This document shows, one piece after another, positions 52,020-64,000 of a DNA stretch of 64,000 bases. Origin of the DNA: Octopus sinensis. Its lineage: Eukaryota. The notes under the pieces are model-generated. The model did no database searches and was not told where the DNA came from. It was given only the letters and a program-made list of their open reading frames with translations. The stretch spans positions 29,512,001 to 29,576,000 of the forward strand of contig NC_043005.1 in assembly GCF_006345805.1 (NCBI RefSeq), written 5' to 3'. The position numbers and the translations under genes are program-made. Position 1 is the first letter of the stretch. Every line of letters starts with the position of its first letter.

Positions 52020-52025
<6 letters not shown>
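51391..52025 (-). mobile_element. Second Helitron-like family, tandem partial copies
   Basis: AGTTAAACACACAGACACACAAGTTGAGTTTTA repeated at ~51420 and ~51978; first copy ends ATATAGAT like the adjacent Helitron. Confidence 0.5.
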
Positions 52026-52054
<29 letters not shown>

Positions 52055-52057
<3 letters not shown>

Positions 52058-52485
52058 TCTTTTACTCTTTTACTTGTTTCAGTCATTTGACTGCAGCCAA
52101 GCTGGAGCATCACATTTAGTCGAATTAATCAACCCCAGGACTTATTCTTTGTAAGCTTAGTACTTATTCTATCAGGCTCTTTTGCTGAACTGCTAAGTCA
52201 GAGGGATGTAAACACACCAACATCGGTTGTCAAGCAATGGTGGCGGGACAAACACAGACACACAAATACATACAAACATACATGTGTGTGTATATATGTA
52301 TATAATATATATATATATATATATACACAACGAGCTTCTTTCAGTTTCCATCTACCAAATCCTCTCACAAGGCTTTGGTCGACCCAAGGCTATATTAGAA
52401 GACACTTACCCAAAGTGCCAGGTAGTGGGACTGAACCTAGAACCATGTGGTTAGAAAGCAAGCTTCTTACCACATAGCCACTCTT
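52055..52485 (-). mobile_element. Full-length CORE-type SINE
   Basis: Reverse complement of the 35908-36312 family. Confidence 0.85.
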
Positions 52486-52492
52486 GTGCCTA

Positions 52493-52549
<57 letters not shown>

Positions 52550-52804
52550 ATATGTAAGTGTGTGTGTGTGTGCATGAATATGTACACTAATATATCCAGA
52601 AGTGTGAGTGTCTCATGTTGGATCCCTACTAACCAGAAGCCTGCTTCTGGTAACCATAGAAGTTCATACAAACTGTACCTGTTTAGGCTAATGTTCACTA
52701 AACTGACAACCCTACCCACTACATGTGTTTCATGAGGAGGGTAAGTTTCGACCCTTCTTCCAGGATAAAGAAAAAACAAACTCAAAAGGACCAACAGCTT
52801 TTCA

Positions 52805-53006
52805 AGGTAGCAAGCTGGGCAAAATGCTTAGCGGTATTTCCTCTGTCATTACGTTCTGAGTTCAAATTCTGCCAAGATCGACTTTGCTTTTAATCCTTTC
52901 AGGATCGTTAAATTAAGTACCAGTTGTGTAATGAGGCTGACCTAATCAACTGGACCCCTCCCCAAAACTTTCGGGCATTGTGCCTAGAGAGGAAAAAAAA
53001 GAATAT
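52805..53006 (+). mobile_element. Nin/Deu-type SINE
   Basis: Family match to 5085-5297. Confidence 0.8.
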
Positions 53007-53025
53007 TTAGTATAGATACATGTCT

Positions 53026-53085
<60 letters not shown>

Positions 53086-53149
53086 TTACACAATGTATGT
53101 GTCTCTGCATGGAGTATAAGGCACAAGTGTGGCTGTGTGGTAAGCAGTT

Positions 53150-53310
53150 TGAGTCTGAGGCTGTGTGGGAAGTTGAACGGAGGCAACATCGCCATCACTG
53201 GTGATCACTCCAAACACCATGATGTTGACTGGATGTTTGATCAAAAACAAACAATGCACATGCACAAAATTAAAAATATAAAATGTCGACAATTTACCTA
53301 TTGCACCCTG
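53150..53310 (-). mobile_element. Tc1/mariner deletion derivative
   Basis: TA-CAGGGTGC terminus followed by transposase fragment KHPVNIMVFGVITSDGDV and (shifted) LPPFNFPHSLRL. Confidence 0.8.
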
Positions 53311-53915
53311 TAGATCTATATATTATGAGTGTGTGTGTGTGTCTGTGTTTGTCTCCTGCCAATGCTTGACAATCAGTGTTGGTTTATTTACAACCCTATA
53401 ACTTAGCAGTGCAGCCTAAGGGACTGATAGAATAAGTATTAGGCTTAAGCTATAAGTATTAGGGTCCATCTGTTCAAATGAGCCCTTCAATGCAGTGTCC
53501 CAGCATGGTCACAGTTCAATGACTTAAACATTGAACTGCGAAATAAAAAGATGAAACAAAGATGTAAAGAAAGTGTTATAGGTGAGAGTCTCCTCCACCT
53601 CCTCTTCTTCCTCCTCCTCGCCACTGTCATCACCAGCACCACCAGCAGCAGCAGCAGCAGACCACCACCACTATTTAATATTCGTCTTCAATTGCCCTGA
53701 TGAACTTTCTGCTGAACCAAATGAACCTTTAAACATGTCACCTGCTTCTCTTCCCAGGTGCATCGTTTCTCTTCTTTTGTTTCCTGTCAGTCATAAATCC
53801 ACTCATTCTAAAAGCTCCTTTCCTCAAACTGTTGTTCTCTTGAGCTCACTGCCATCCTCTGCTCTATGATATTCAGTCTTTTATGTTTCCTGTGGATGGA
53901 TATTTTTCAAATCTA

Positions 53916-54890
53916 TAGGCCCCTTCTTTTCCTTCTTTGTAGCCCCCTTCTTTTTCTTCTTTGTAGGCCCCTTCTTTTTTATCTTTGTAGGCTCCTTCTT
54001 TTCTTTCTTTGTAGGCCCTTTCTTTTTCTTCTTTTTAGGTCCCTTCTTTTTCCTTTGTAAGTCCCTTCTTTTCCTTCTTTGTAGGCCCCTTCTTTTCATT
54101 GTTTGTAGGTCCTTTCTTTTCCTTTGTAGGTCCTTTCTTTTTCTTCTTTGTAGGTCCCTTCTTTTTTCTTTGTAAGTCCCTTCTTTTCCTTCTTTGTAGG
54201 CCCCTTCTTTTCATTCTTTGTAGGTCCTTTTTTTTCCTTCTTTGTAGGCCTCTTCTTTTCCTTCTTTGTAGGTCCTTTTTTCTTCTTTGTAAGCCCCTTC
54301 TTTTCCATTTTTGTAGGTCCCTTCTTTTCCTTCCTTGTAGGCCCTTTCTTTTTCTTTGTAGCTCCCTTCTTTGTAGGCCCCTTCTTTTTTTTCTTTGTAG
54401 GTCCCTTTTCCTTCTTTGTAGGCCCCTTCTTTTTTTATCTTTGTAGGTTCCTTCTTTTTCTTCTTTGTAGGCCCTTTTCCTTTTTTGTAGGTCCCTTCTT
54501 TTCCTACTTTGTAGGCCCTTTCTTTTTCTTTGTAGTTCCCTTCTTTGTAGATCCCTTCTTTTCCTACTTTGTAGGCCTCTTCTTTTCCTTCTTTGCAGGT
54601 CCCTTCTTTTCCTTCTTTGTAGACCCTATCATTTTCTTCTTTGTAGGTCCCTTCATTTCCTTTGTAAGTCCCTTCTTTTTCTTTTTTGTAGGTCCCCTCT
54701 TTTCCTTCTTTGTAGGCCCCTTCTTTTCCTTCCTTGTAGTCCCCTTCTTTTCCTTCTTTGCAGGCCCCTTCTTTTCCTTCTTTGTAGCCCCCTTCTTTTT
54801 CTTCTTTGTAGGTCCCTTCTTTTTCCTTTGTAAGTCCCTTCTTTTCCTTCTTTGTAGGCTCCTTCTTTTTCTTTGTAGGCCTCTTCCTCT
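53916..54890. repeat. ~24-bp minisatellite, about 40 units (GTAGGCCCCTTCTTTTCCTTCTTT)
   Basis: Seen directly; minus frame reads KEGKEG(A/T)Y repeats interrupted by frameshifts. Confidence 0.95.
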
Positions 54891-55139
54891 TCTCTTCCAC
54901 TGGTCACAATGAGCTTTGGCTCCATTTTAGCCTTTGAATAACACCACTCCACTGGCTGCATGAGCGGGCCAACATTCCCCCTGATTGAAAGGGAAAACTG
55001 GAGCCACAGGAAATGAAGTGTTTTGCTCAAGAACACAATGTGTTGCCCAGTCTGGGAATTGAACCCATGATTTAAGAATTGTGAGTGCAACTTACCTAAC
55101 CACTAGGCCACACACTCTCACATACATTCTCATGTACTC

Positions 55140-55413
55140 TTTTACATGCTTCAGTCATTTGATTGTCGTCATGCTGGAGCACTGCCTTTAGTCAAAGAAA
55201 TCAACATCAGGACTTATTCTTTGTTAGCCTAGTACTTATTCTATCAGTCTCTTTTGCTGAACCACTAGGTTTCGGGGACATAAACCCACCAACATCGGAT
55301 GTCAAGCAATGGTGGGGGACAAACACAGACACAAAGACACACACACATATATATATACAAATATATGTGTGTGTGTGTGTGTGTTTGTGTATATATATAT
55401 GCGTGTGCGTGTG

Positions 55414-55460
<47 letters not shown>

Positions 55461-55545
55461 ACACGAAGAGCTTCTTTTAATTTCCGATGCCGTAGTAGAA
55501 GATACTTGCCCAAGGTGCCACGTAGTGGGACTGAACCCGATGATA
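55140..55545 (-). mobile_element. CORE-type SINE
   Basis: Family match to 35908-36312. Confidence 0.8.
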
Positions 55546-55630
55546 TTCAATGACAATGATGATGATGATGATATGCATATATGTTTATATATGTGTGTAC
55601 TTTATATACCATATACATACATCTACATTT

Positions 55631-55844
55631 AAGGCAGTGAGCTGGCAGAAACATTAGCATACTGGGCGCAATGCTTAGTGGCATTTCATCTGTCTTTACG
55701 TTCTGAGTTCAAATTCTGCTGAGGTCGACTTTGCCTTTCATCCTTTCAGGGTTGATAAATTGAGTACTAGTTACGTACTGGGGTCGATCTAATCGACTAG
55801 CCCTCTTCCCCAAAATTTCAGGCCTTTAGCCTAAATTAGAAAAG
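55631..55844 (+). mobile_element. Nin/Deu-type SINE
   Basis: Family match to 5085-5297. Confidence 0.85.
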
Positions 55845-56397
55845 TATATACATGCATTTACGTTTATATCAGATTACATAATGTGTGATAAAGAAGTTTA
55901 CTTTCAAACTAAGTGATTTCTGGTTTATTTGCAGCATGCTGCACGTTTGTCCGTGTGCCTTTTATTCAATTCCCTGAGCAGACCAAAACATTGGGAGAGA
56001 ATTTTCTAGAAGAAAACTGTAAAGAACCTTTCATGCATATGTGTGTGTGTGTGTGTGTGTGTTTGTGCGTCACCTTGTCTTGATATTGCATGCATATTGT
56101 AGATAAATGTTACTCTCATGCAAATTGTGTTTTTTGTTTGTAATCTTCTGCGAAACACTGTAAAATTTAATCCACTGTTTGATTATATACCAAAATACTT
56201 GTAGTGAATTTGAACTCAAGCCCTTGAAGTTTGTAATTATGAACCTTAACCCACTTAGCCTAGACTTTTCTGTCTGTTCATCTGAACAGTAAAACCCAGT
56301 TTCATTGACAATGATAGCAACACTGTTATGTTGCCATTAGTATGAAGAAAATTTAAGAAGATATTTTGTCACAGTGGGACATGATTAAACTCATAAT

Positions 56398-56612
56398 ATT
56401 CTTTTCTACTCTAGGCACAAGGCTCGAAATTTTGGGGGAGGGGGGGCAGTCTATTAAATCCACCTCAGTAAGCAACTGGTACTTAATTATCGACTCCGAA
56501 AGGATAAAAGGCAAAGTCAACCTTGGTGGAATTTGAACTCAGAATGTAAAGACAGACGAAATACCGCTAAGCATTTCGTCTAGTGTGCTAACATTTCTGT
56601 CAGCTCATCACT

Positions 56613-56613
<1 letters not shown>
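56398..56613 (-). mobile_element. Nin/Deu-type SINE
   Basis: Family match, reverse orientation. Confidence 0.85.
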
Positions 56614-56661
<48 letters not shown>

Positions 56662-56662
56662 T

Positions 56663-56967
56663 AAATACATAAACCTGGAAATAGAGGTAACTCGAATATG
56701 GAATCTAAAAACAGAAACAATTCCTATCATAGTAGGTGCATTAGGTATGATAAAAAAATATTCAGACAAATACATAACGAAAACACCAGGACTTACAAAT
56801 ATATATAACATACAGAACATTGCACTACTGGGCTTTGCACACATCCTACGCAAAACAATTTCAATACAGTAACCATAAGAGCATCACAACAAACCACAGC
56901 ACATACCCAAGGCACACAGAGCTGCGCTTGGTAGTGAAGTGAAAGCACGATATAAAAGTAAAACTAC
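56663..56967 (+). mobile_element. R4/Dong-like LINE 3' fragment in (TAA)n
   Basis: KYINLEIEVTRIWNLKTETIPIIVGALGMIKK...ALLGFAHILRK; (AAT)n on both sides. Confidence 0.88.
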
Positions 56968-57031
56968 ATAATAATAATAATAACAACAACAACAACAACA
57001 ACAACATTAATGATATTTAATGTAGTATTTA

Positions 57032-57238
57032 GGTGGTAAGCTGGCAGAGTTGTTAGCGTGCCAGACTAAAAAGGCTCAGCCATTTTGTCTGTCTTTACAT
57101 TCTGAGTTCAAATTCTGCCAGTGTCAACTTTGCCTTTCATCCTTTCGGGGTTGATAAAATAAGCAGCAGTTGAATAGTGGGGGTTGATGTAATCAGCTCA
57201 TCCTCTTCCCCCTGATCTTGGGCCAAAATATGAAATCA
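57032..57238 (+). mobile_element. Nin/Deu-type SINE, older copy
   Basis: Family match with more divergence. Confidence 0.75.
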
Positions 57239-58622
57239 GTATCTAATCTACTATTAAATTACACACCAAATTGCTTGCAGTGGGATTGAACTCAAACCAT
57301 TTGGGTTTGTAGCTGTGAACTGTATCTGCTTAACCAATAGCTTACTGTCTGTTCATCCATTAAGTAAGATCCAATTTTCACAATGACAGCGACTCGGTGA
57401 CGTTTCCGTTAGTATGAAGAAAATTTAATAAAATATTTGATCATTGTGGGACATGATTGGATTTAAGAATTGAAAAATGATGTGGAATGAAGAGATGGAA
57501 GTATGTGGGGTGGAGGGGTGCAAGGTCAGTGGGAAGCAATCAGCCAGAATTGCAGCTTCCAATACAGTCAATATGATAGCAATATTGCTGACACGTAGGT
57601 ACCTGGCATGAATGGCTAATTTCAGTAGATGGATTGAATAAAGTTGCTTTTCTATAACAAGACACAAAACAAGACATGATGCTTCAATATGGCGTCTGTC
57701 CAATTTTTAGAAAAATACGGCCACTGCGGTAGATGGTATTGATTGGTTTCTAGACGTCTTTCTTTTATTGATTTCCAATATATATTGTGTGTATGATTCT
57801 GCGTGTGTATGTGTGTCTGTGTGGATGATAGTGTGAGAGGGGGGTGGGAGAGCAGTGAGAGGGAAAGGGTGAGTCTAATTCAGCTTTTTAAGTAGACAGC
57901 ATTTTAGGTGGAACAATGGAATCTTCTGATGCTACAAATATTAACGAATTCAGAATGGTTATCAAGGCATTATGGTTATCAGAACTCCCTTCAACTCCCT
58001 CAAACCTCTCCAAAACGCTCCTTGACTCATCTAAACTCCTTAATACATGCAAGAATATTCCAGCATCCCAGAACATCCTACAACCAAAAGCATAAACTCT
58101 GACTTTAAAGTTCAACCATGCTGCAGCACTGTGATAATATATACAGTACAGCCACACCATCTTACACACACAGGCAAACAAACACACACCATACACACAC
58201 ACACACACACACACACACATGCTGATGACTTCTACTAAGAACTTCAGTGAAACCCAAAAATAAAAGGCATCTTTATTTAGAAAAATAATGAAATCAATTT
58301 AAGTTTCCTGATGCTGTTGATGTAAATTTGTGTCAGGTGATGAAGTAGCCGAAAACATTTATTATGATGAATGTTGGTGATACATAACTATGTTGACCCT
58401 TGTTAATTAAGCTAATCTTATGACCAGGAAGGTGTGGGTCATTCTGAATGCTTGCACTCTGTCCAAAGATTAAGCTTTAGCAACTTTATTTCTGAAACAT
58501 TTGTCTTTTGCTGGACACTGCTTGATATTCCTGCCCACTGTAAAAAAAATCTGTATGTCAAACAGACACACACACATAGATATATAAGTGTGTGCGTGTG
58601 TCTGTGTGTCTGTATATATGTA

Positions 58623-58680
<58 letters not shown>

Positions 58681-58694
58681 AACACACACTCACA

Positions 58695-58732
<38 letters not shown>

Positions 58733-60405
58733 CATGCATACATATATGTATGTTTATATACTTACATCTCATCTATCTACCTATCTGTTTATAAATATAT
58801 ATCATCATTATCATCATCATCATCATCATCATTATCATCATCATCATCATAATCATCATCATCATAATCATCATCATCATTCAATGTCCATTTAATGTCC
58901 ATTTTCCATGCTTGCATGGACTGGACTGTTTGACAGGATCTGACAAGGCCATGGTCCACACCAAGTTCCATTGTCTGTTTTGGCTTGGTTTTTTTACAGT
59001 TGGATGCCCTTCCCAATGCCAACCACTTTACACTGTGTGCTGTATGTGTTTTATGTGGTACCAGTACCAATACTTTTTGCACCAGGGTCACCAAGTACCT
59101 TACAAGACAGAAACACCTCAGTCGAGGGCAAGTAGTATTGTGAGTGTGTCTCTTCATAAAATCTTTGGACCTGCAAGAACACAAGAGTATAGAAGTGATG
59201 GAAGATCTATTAACCCCTTTACTATCAATATATATATAGTTAAGAAGTTTGCTTCCCAACTACATAGTTTCAGGTTCAATCCCATTGCATGGAACCTGGG
59301 GCAAGTAACTTTCTATTGTAGCCCCAGGATTTCAGAAGCCTTGTGAGGGAATTTGGTTGACAGAAACTTAAAGAAACATATTGTGTGTATGTGTACGTAT
59401 ATTATTTGCATACATGGGGGTATGTGTGTTTATGTGTATGTGTGTGTGTGTGTGTGTGTGAGTGTATGTGTGCATGCATGTGTGTGTGTGCTTGTGAGTG
59501 TGTGTGTATGTTTGTGTTTGTGTGTGTGTGTATGTTTGTGTTTGTCTGTGTGTGTGAATGTGTGTGCTTGTGTGTGTGTGTGTGTGAGTGTGTGTGTGTG
59601 TATGTGCATGTGTGTGTATGTGCATGTGTGTGTAAGTGTGTGTTTATGTTTGTGATCGTGTGTGCTTTTATACCAAGACAAAACAATGTACATGATAACA
59701 CTTCCAATCAGTTAAGATCAGAAGCCATGAGAGCCACTACTCCTACTGCGGTCAGTTTTGCCTTTCCTCCTATTTGGGCCAATGTTGTAAAGTACCGGTA
59801 TTCTGCTAAGGTCAATATAATTGACCAAACCCCACTGCCACTAAAATTACTGACTTTGTGCCAAAATTGGAAACAGTTATAATTAATCAACTAATCAACC
59901 AATTAACTAATTGACTGCTTCACTAATTACTTGAACAATCAATCGCTTGTTTTTGTTCTAATCCTTTCATTGTCATTCATGTCGTCATCAGTAATGTACC
60001 CTTGTTGCTCCAGATTGGCCATGATGCAGACAAACCGGATATGATGAGTTCTGTTATTTGCATTTACACATTTCAGAATGTGTGTGTGAGTTATTTTGTT
60101 TTTTGCCTGATTTGTGTCTCTGTTTACAATTTTTTGTTTCTTTTTTTCATATGTGTGTGAGTTTGACTTCTACTTCACCATTCTTGCATAGATGAGACAG
60201 AATTCTTTGAGGCAGATTTTCCAAGGTTGAACACCCTTCGTGCCACTGATCCCTCACCTGCTTTTAAGCAAGGTAATATTGCCCCATGGCTGGATGTATT
60301 TTCAGGGAAGATTGAAAATGAGGGACAGCCCTTGTAATGCTCATTGCATGATGTCACAGAAAGAGGTCACTAACACTCAAATATAATTCACACATGCCCC
60401 TATGG

Positions 60406-60474
<69 letters not shown>

Positions 60475-60877
60475 CACACACACATACATACACACAGCAC
60501 AACAAACACACACACACACAAACATGCACTAGGCCTCTTTCAGTTTCTGTCTAACAACTTCATTCCGATGGCTTTGGTCAGCTTGGGTCTCTAGCAGAAG
60601 ACACATGCCCAAGGTGTTATTCAGTGGGAATGAATGTGACATCATATATGCGACCTAAGTGTAATCAATTCCTAAATGTATTATCTTACCAAATTTATTA
60701 CAAGAATCATTGCAAGATTCAACTATTCCTGCAATAGTAGAAGCCCTACTATTGGTAACTGGAAAGCTCCAGCTGTTGGAGGTTATTTGCCTCTAAAGCT
60801 AGAAGAACCAACAGTGATGGTTTTATGTTTAGGAGATGAAGAATTATGTACATTATTTACATTATTTATGTTTGACG

Positions 60878-61116
60878 GGGATATGGCCTAGTGGTTAAGA
60901 GTGCAGGCTACCAAACCTAAGATTCTGAGTTCGATTCCAGGCAGTGACCTGAATAATAATAATAATAATAATAACAACAACAACAACAACATCGAAAAAT
61001 ACCTTAGGAGAACCCAAGACACCTGATAAAGGCTGGAAGGTATATCAGCCGAAATGTTGTGTTAACAACAAACAAGACGAGGACAAATATCCGTCAAAAG
61101 TAAATAATGTAAATAA
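60878..61116 (+). mobile_element. tRNA-headed hammerhead-SINE (family A) with inverted tail copy directly upstream (60833-60878)
   Basis: A box TGGCCTAGTGG (60884-60894); B box GTTCGATTCC (60929-60938); (AAT/AAC)n; hammerhead 61018-61063 with G8A. Confidence 0.85.
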
Positions 61117-62028
61117 GTGATGGTTTTGTTTTACAAGGAGATTGAATGATCCTCTCTTTTGCATTAGAAGCTAAAGTATTAGACATTGGTCATATGTGTT
61201 GTGTTGGAATGGTAAAAACAAAGCAACTACTAAGAAATAAATTGTGGTGGCCTAGCAGTGCCCCCTCCCCCCCAAAAAAAGTATGTTAGTTCAACATTGA
61301 CAAAAAGAAAGAATTGAAAATTTAGGAATTATTCTGAACTGCCTGAACCTGTTGGAAGCTTTTAATGTAAGCAATGCCAAACTTGTAGGTGTAAGTAAAT
61401 GGTTAATGTCTACAGTTCCAAACATGTAAAAATATCTACATGATTAATGCCTACAATCCTGAACATGGAGTAACTTCCTGATTAATGTTTACAATTCTAA
61501 GTATTTTGGAGTAGCTGCATGAATACTATTAAAATTCCTAACATGTAAGAGTAACTTCATGTAGATTTCAAAGATCTGCTGCTGAGTGGCAAATCACCAT
61601 TAGTCATTGAAAATGGAGCAATATGTCAGTCACAGATATTTGTTATGAGATCAATTTAGTCAATTCCATGGAATTCTTTCTTACCTCTGGGAGTAATTCT
61701 ATTAAGAATTGTGTCTGACAGTTTATAAACAGTGAGCTCAAAGAGTGTTATAAGGGGTCAATAACAGTGAAGAATTATGCTGTACTACCTTCAAAGAAAA
61801 TGGTTTTGTAGAAAGATTGGTAAAGCATTCAAGTTATCAATTCAAAGACAATGAAAGAGAGCAACTTAATTTTTAATTACTCCACTTGAACATTCCTCAT
61901 TGATAAACATATCTATACTATACTGTGTCCCATTCCAAAGAAAAGTCGCATCCCTCTGACTTCATCAACCATCATCCTGTTTCACTCACCTCTAATATCT
62001 CAAAGGTTATGCAGATAGCTGTTAACCT

Positions 62029-62296
62029 TATTTACATTATTTACATTTGACAGATATTTGTCCTCATCTTGTTTGTTGTTAACACAACATTTTGGCTGAT
62101 ATACCCTCCAGCCTTCATCAGGTGTTTTGAGGAAATTTCAAACCTGGGTTCTCATTCATAAGGTATTTGAAATTTCCCCAAGACACCTGATGAAGGCTGG
62201 AGGGTATATCAGCCGAAAGATAAGGACAAATATCTGTCAAATGTGAATAATGTAAATAATGTACATAATTCCTCATCTCTTGAATATAGAACTGAA
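62029..62296. mobile_element. Head-to-head inverted pair of family-A bodies
   Basis: Minus copy 62029-62167 (hammerhead 62081-62126, G12A); plus copy 62168-62296 (hammerhead 62182-62218, cleavage site deleted). Confidence 0.85.
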
Positions 62297-62483
62297 AAAA
62301 CAAAATGACAGCAGAATGATAATAAAGGGAAATCTGAGAATAGGAAAATGGTGAGCTGTCAAAATCGTTAGCAGACTAGGCAAAATGCTTGGTTGCCATT
62401 CATTAGTCTTTTACATTCTAAGTTCAAATTCCACTAAGGTTGATGTTAACTTTCCTCCTTTCGGGGTCATTAAAATAAGTACC

Positions 62484-62715
62484 TATTTCTTTATTACCCA
62501 CAAGGAGCTAAACACAGAGGGGACAAACAAGGACAGACGTAGGTATTAAGTCGATTACATCGACCCCAGTGCGTAACTGGTACTTAATTTATCGACCCCG
62601 AAAGGATGAAAGGCAAAGTCGACCTCGGCGGAATTTGAACTCACAACATAACGCAGACGAAATACCGCTAAGCATTTCGCCCAGCGTGCTAACGTTTCTG
62701 TCAGCTCGCGGCCTT
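62484..62715 (-). mobile_element. Young Nin/Deu-type SINE nested in an older plus-strand copy (62349-62790)
   Basis: 15-bp TSD ATTAAAATAAGTACC at 62469-62483 and 62716-62730; CpGs retained. Confidence 0.92.
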
Positions 62716-63883
62716 ATTAAAATAAGTACCAGCTGAGTACTGGGGTCAATGTAATCAACTTAACCTATCCCTTCAAACTATTGCCCTCATGTTTGAAACC
62801 ATTGTGGTAATAATTGGAAGGACAAGTATTCAGATATCGAAGTAGGAAATGATGCCATCTTGAAAAAAATCGATTGCTGGGAAGTTATCAAACAAACTTG
62901 CTTCAGCTCATCGTTAACAAAACAAAGCAAAATAATAATAATAATAATAATAATAATGATAGATAAATAAATAAATAACTATAAATTAAACAATAGAAAT
63001 ACAAGAGTGGATCGATTTCGGTTGTAAACTTTCCTGTGAACCATATCTGATTGTCTGATGTCAAACTTGTATTTCAAGGAAGCTTGAACATGAATTGACT
63101 TTATTGATTTAACTAATGAAAGTGTCACTGAAGATAACGAGGTGTTGCAAAACAATGGACCTAGCCAAGCCAAAAATTGCCAGAACTACATCAAAGTGAA
63201 CAGAGGCCGGGAAGAGTAAATAGGGATAAACTGGAATCAAGTAACGTCCTTAGTTTGAATAATGCTGAGTGAAAATAAGGAACGTGGTGTGGTATAGTAT
63301 TTGCATGTTTCATGTGATTTATACACTTACTATATCACATGACCCAGCCTGATAGACAATTGATCAGTGCTCACTTAGAATGAAGCAAGAGGTTTCTTTG
63401 TTTTAACGAGGCTTCTGGGCATAAAACTCTACAGTTTGGAGACTTTAAATAAGAACCTTACAAGATGTCCTGTAGACATTTTTCTCAACATTTTTCTCAT
63501 TAGTTTTGCAAATATGAACATTTTTATCTTTTGTACTTTTTCCATTATTTTTCTTCTTGTTCTGTTGTTGCTATATTCTTTCTTTTGCCATTAATTGTTG
63601 TTATTGCTGTCCCCCCCCTTCCTCCGCTATCATTTTCTGCTTCGCTGCTGTGTTAGACCATAGCATTACTGTTATTGTCAGAGTCAACACTAACACATTT
63701 ATTATTATATTTCTCTGAAGAATCTTCAGATAAAGCCACTTTCTTTTTTCTTCCCTTTTTTTTTTTTGCTTTGACAAACAGAATTTTCCAGGCAGATGAC
63801 AGTTTTGAATGTTATAGCTACCTCTCACCTCCTCCTCCTCCTTCTTCTTCCAACGTCAAACTTGTTGACATTTTTCATAAAAA

Positions 63884-63948
63884 TATTTATCGGTTGACTG
63901 CAGACGACAGGGACAAAATAACTGTCGTCTGCAGTCATCCAACAAATA
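63884..63948. other. 65-nt hairpin with 16-bp perfect core
   Basis: TGACTGCAGACGACAG and CTGTCGTCTGCAGTCA, 11-nt loop, imperfect basal extension. Confidence 0.8.
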
Positions 63949-64000
63949 ACAGTGTCTCCCCTAATTAGGGGAAAATACTGACAGTTTTTGAACTTACTTT

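Noticed and set aside
53580-53680. Minus frame LLLLLLVVLVMTVARRRKKRR resembling a transmembrane helix plus basic stop-transfer
   Set aside because: It derives from trinucleotide repeats, upstream frames contain stops, and there are no supporting splice sites.
57910-58096. Plus-strand 60-codon frame GTMESSDATNINEFRMVIKALWLSEL...
   Set aside because: Plausible exon, but no recognisable homology or partner exon; cannot be supported.
58330-58365. GTGATGAAGTAGCCGAAAACATT as a hammerhead relic
   Set aside because: Too degenerate; no stems recoverable.
59708-60050. Two short protein-like minus frames (THHIRFVCIMANLEQQG...; SGVWSIILTLAEYRYF...)
   Set aside because: Separated by stops, with no convincing splice pair or known motif.

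Overview
AT-rich, microsatellite-dense metazoan DNA. The SINE repertoire and (TA)n/(CA)n/(GATA)n/(AAT)n/(CAT)n load point to an octopod cephalopod (Octopus-like); this is an inference. No host gene can be confidently identified, and most ORF-track entries are microsatellite artefacts. The window is dominated by mobile elements: CORE-type and Nin/Deu-type tRNA SINEs, RTE-tail elements ending in (GAT)n, a decayed RTE LINE (45.5-47.8 kb), a 5'-truncated CR1-like LINE with an intact 282-aa ORF (22.4-23.4 kb), R4/Dong-like fragments in (TAA)n tracts, a solo LTR, Helitron-like elements, and Tc1/mariner and other MITEs. The main unexpected signal is 20 hand-identified type-I hammerhead-ribozyme-like motifs in about 8 sequence families. 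Most have a self-complementary helix III, as in Penelope-associated minimal hammerheads. They include (i) a ~499-bp tandem array with a hammerhead in each full unit (retrozyme-like; predicted 498-nt monomer), (ii) a tRNA-headed SINE carrying a hammerhead in its body, and (iii) a family pair with compensatory base changes. At 13 of 14 non-SINE hammerhead loci the 3' end abuts a (TA)n tract. Ribozyme activity is predicted, not shown. Coordinates were counted by hand; element boundaries may be off by a few bases.
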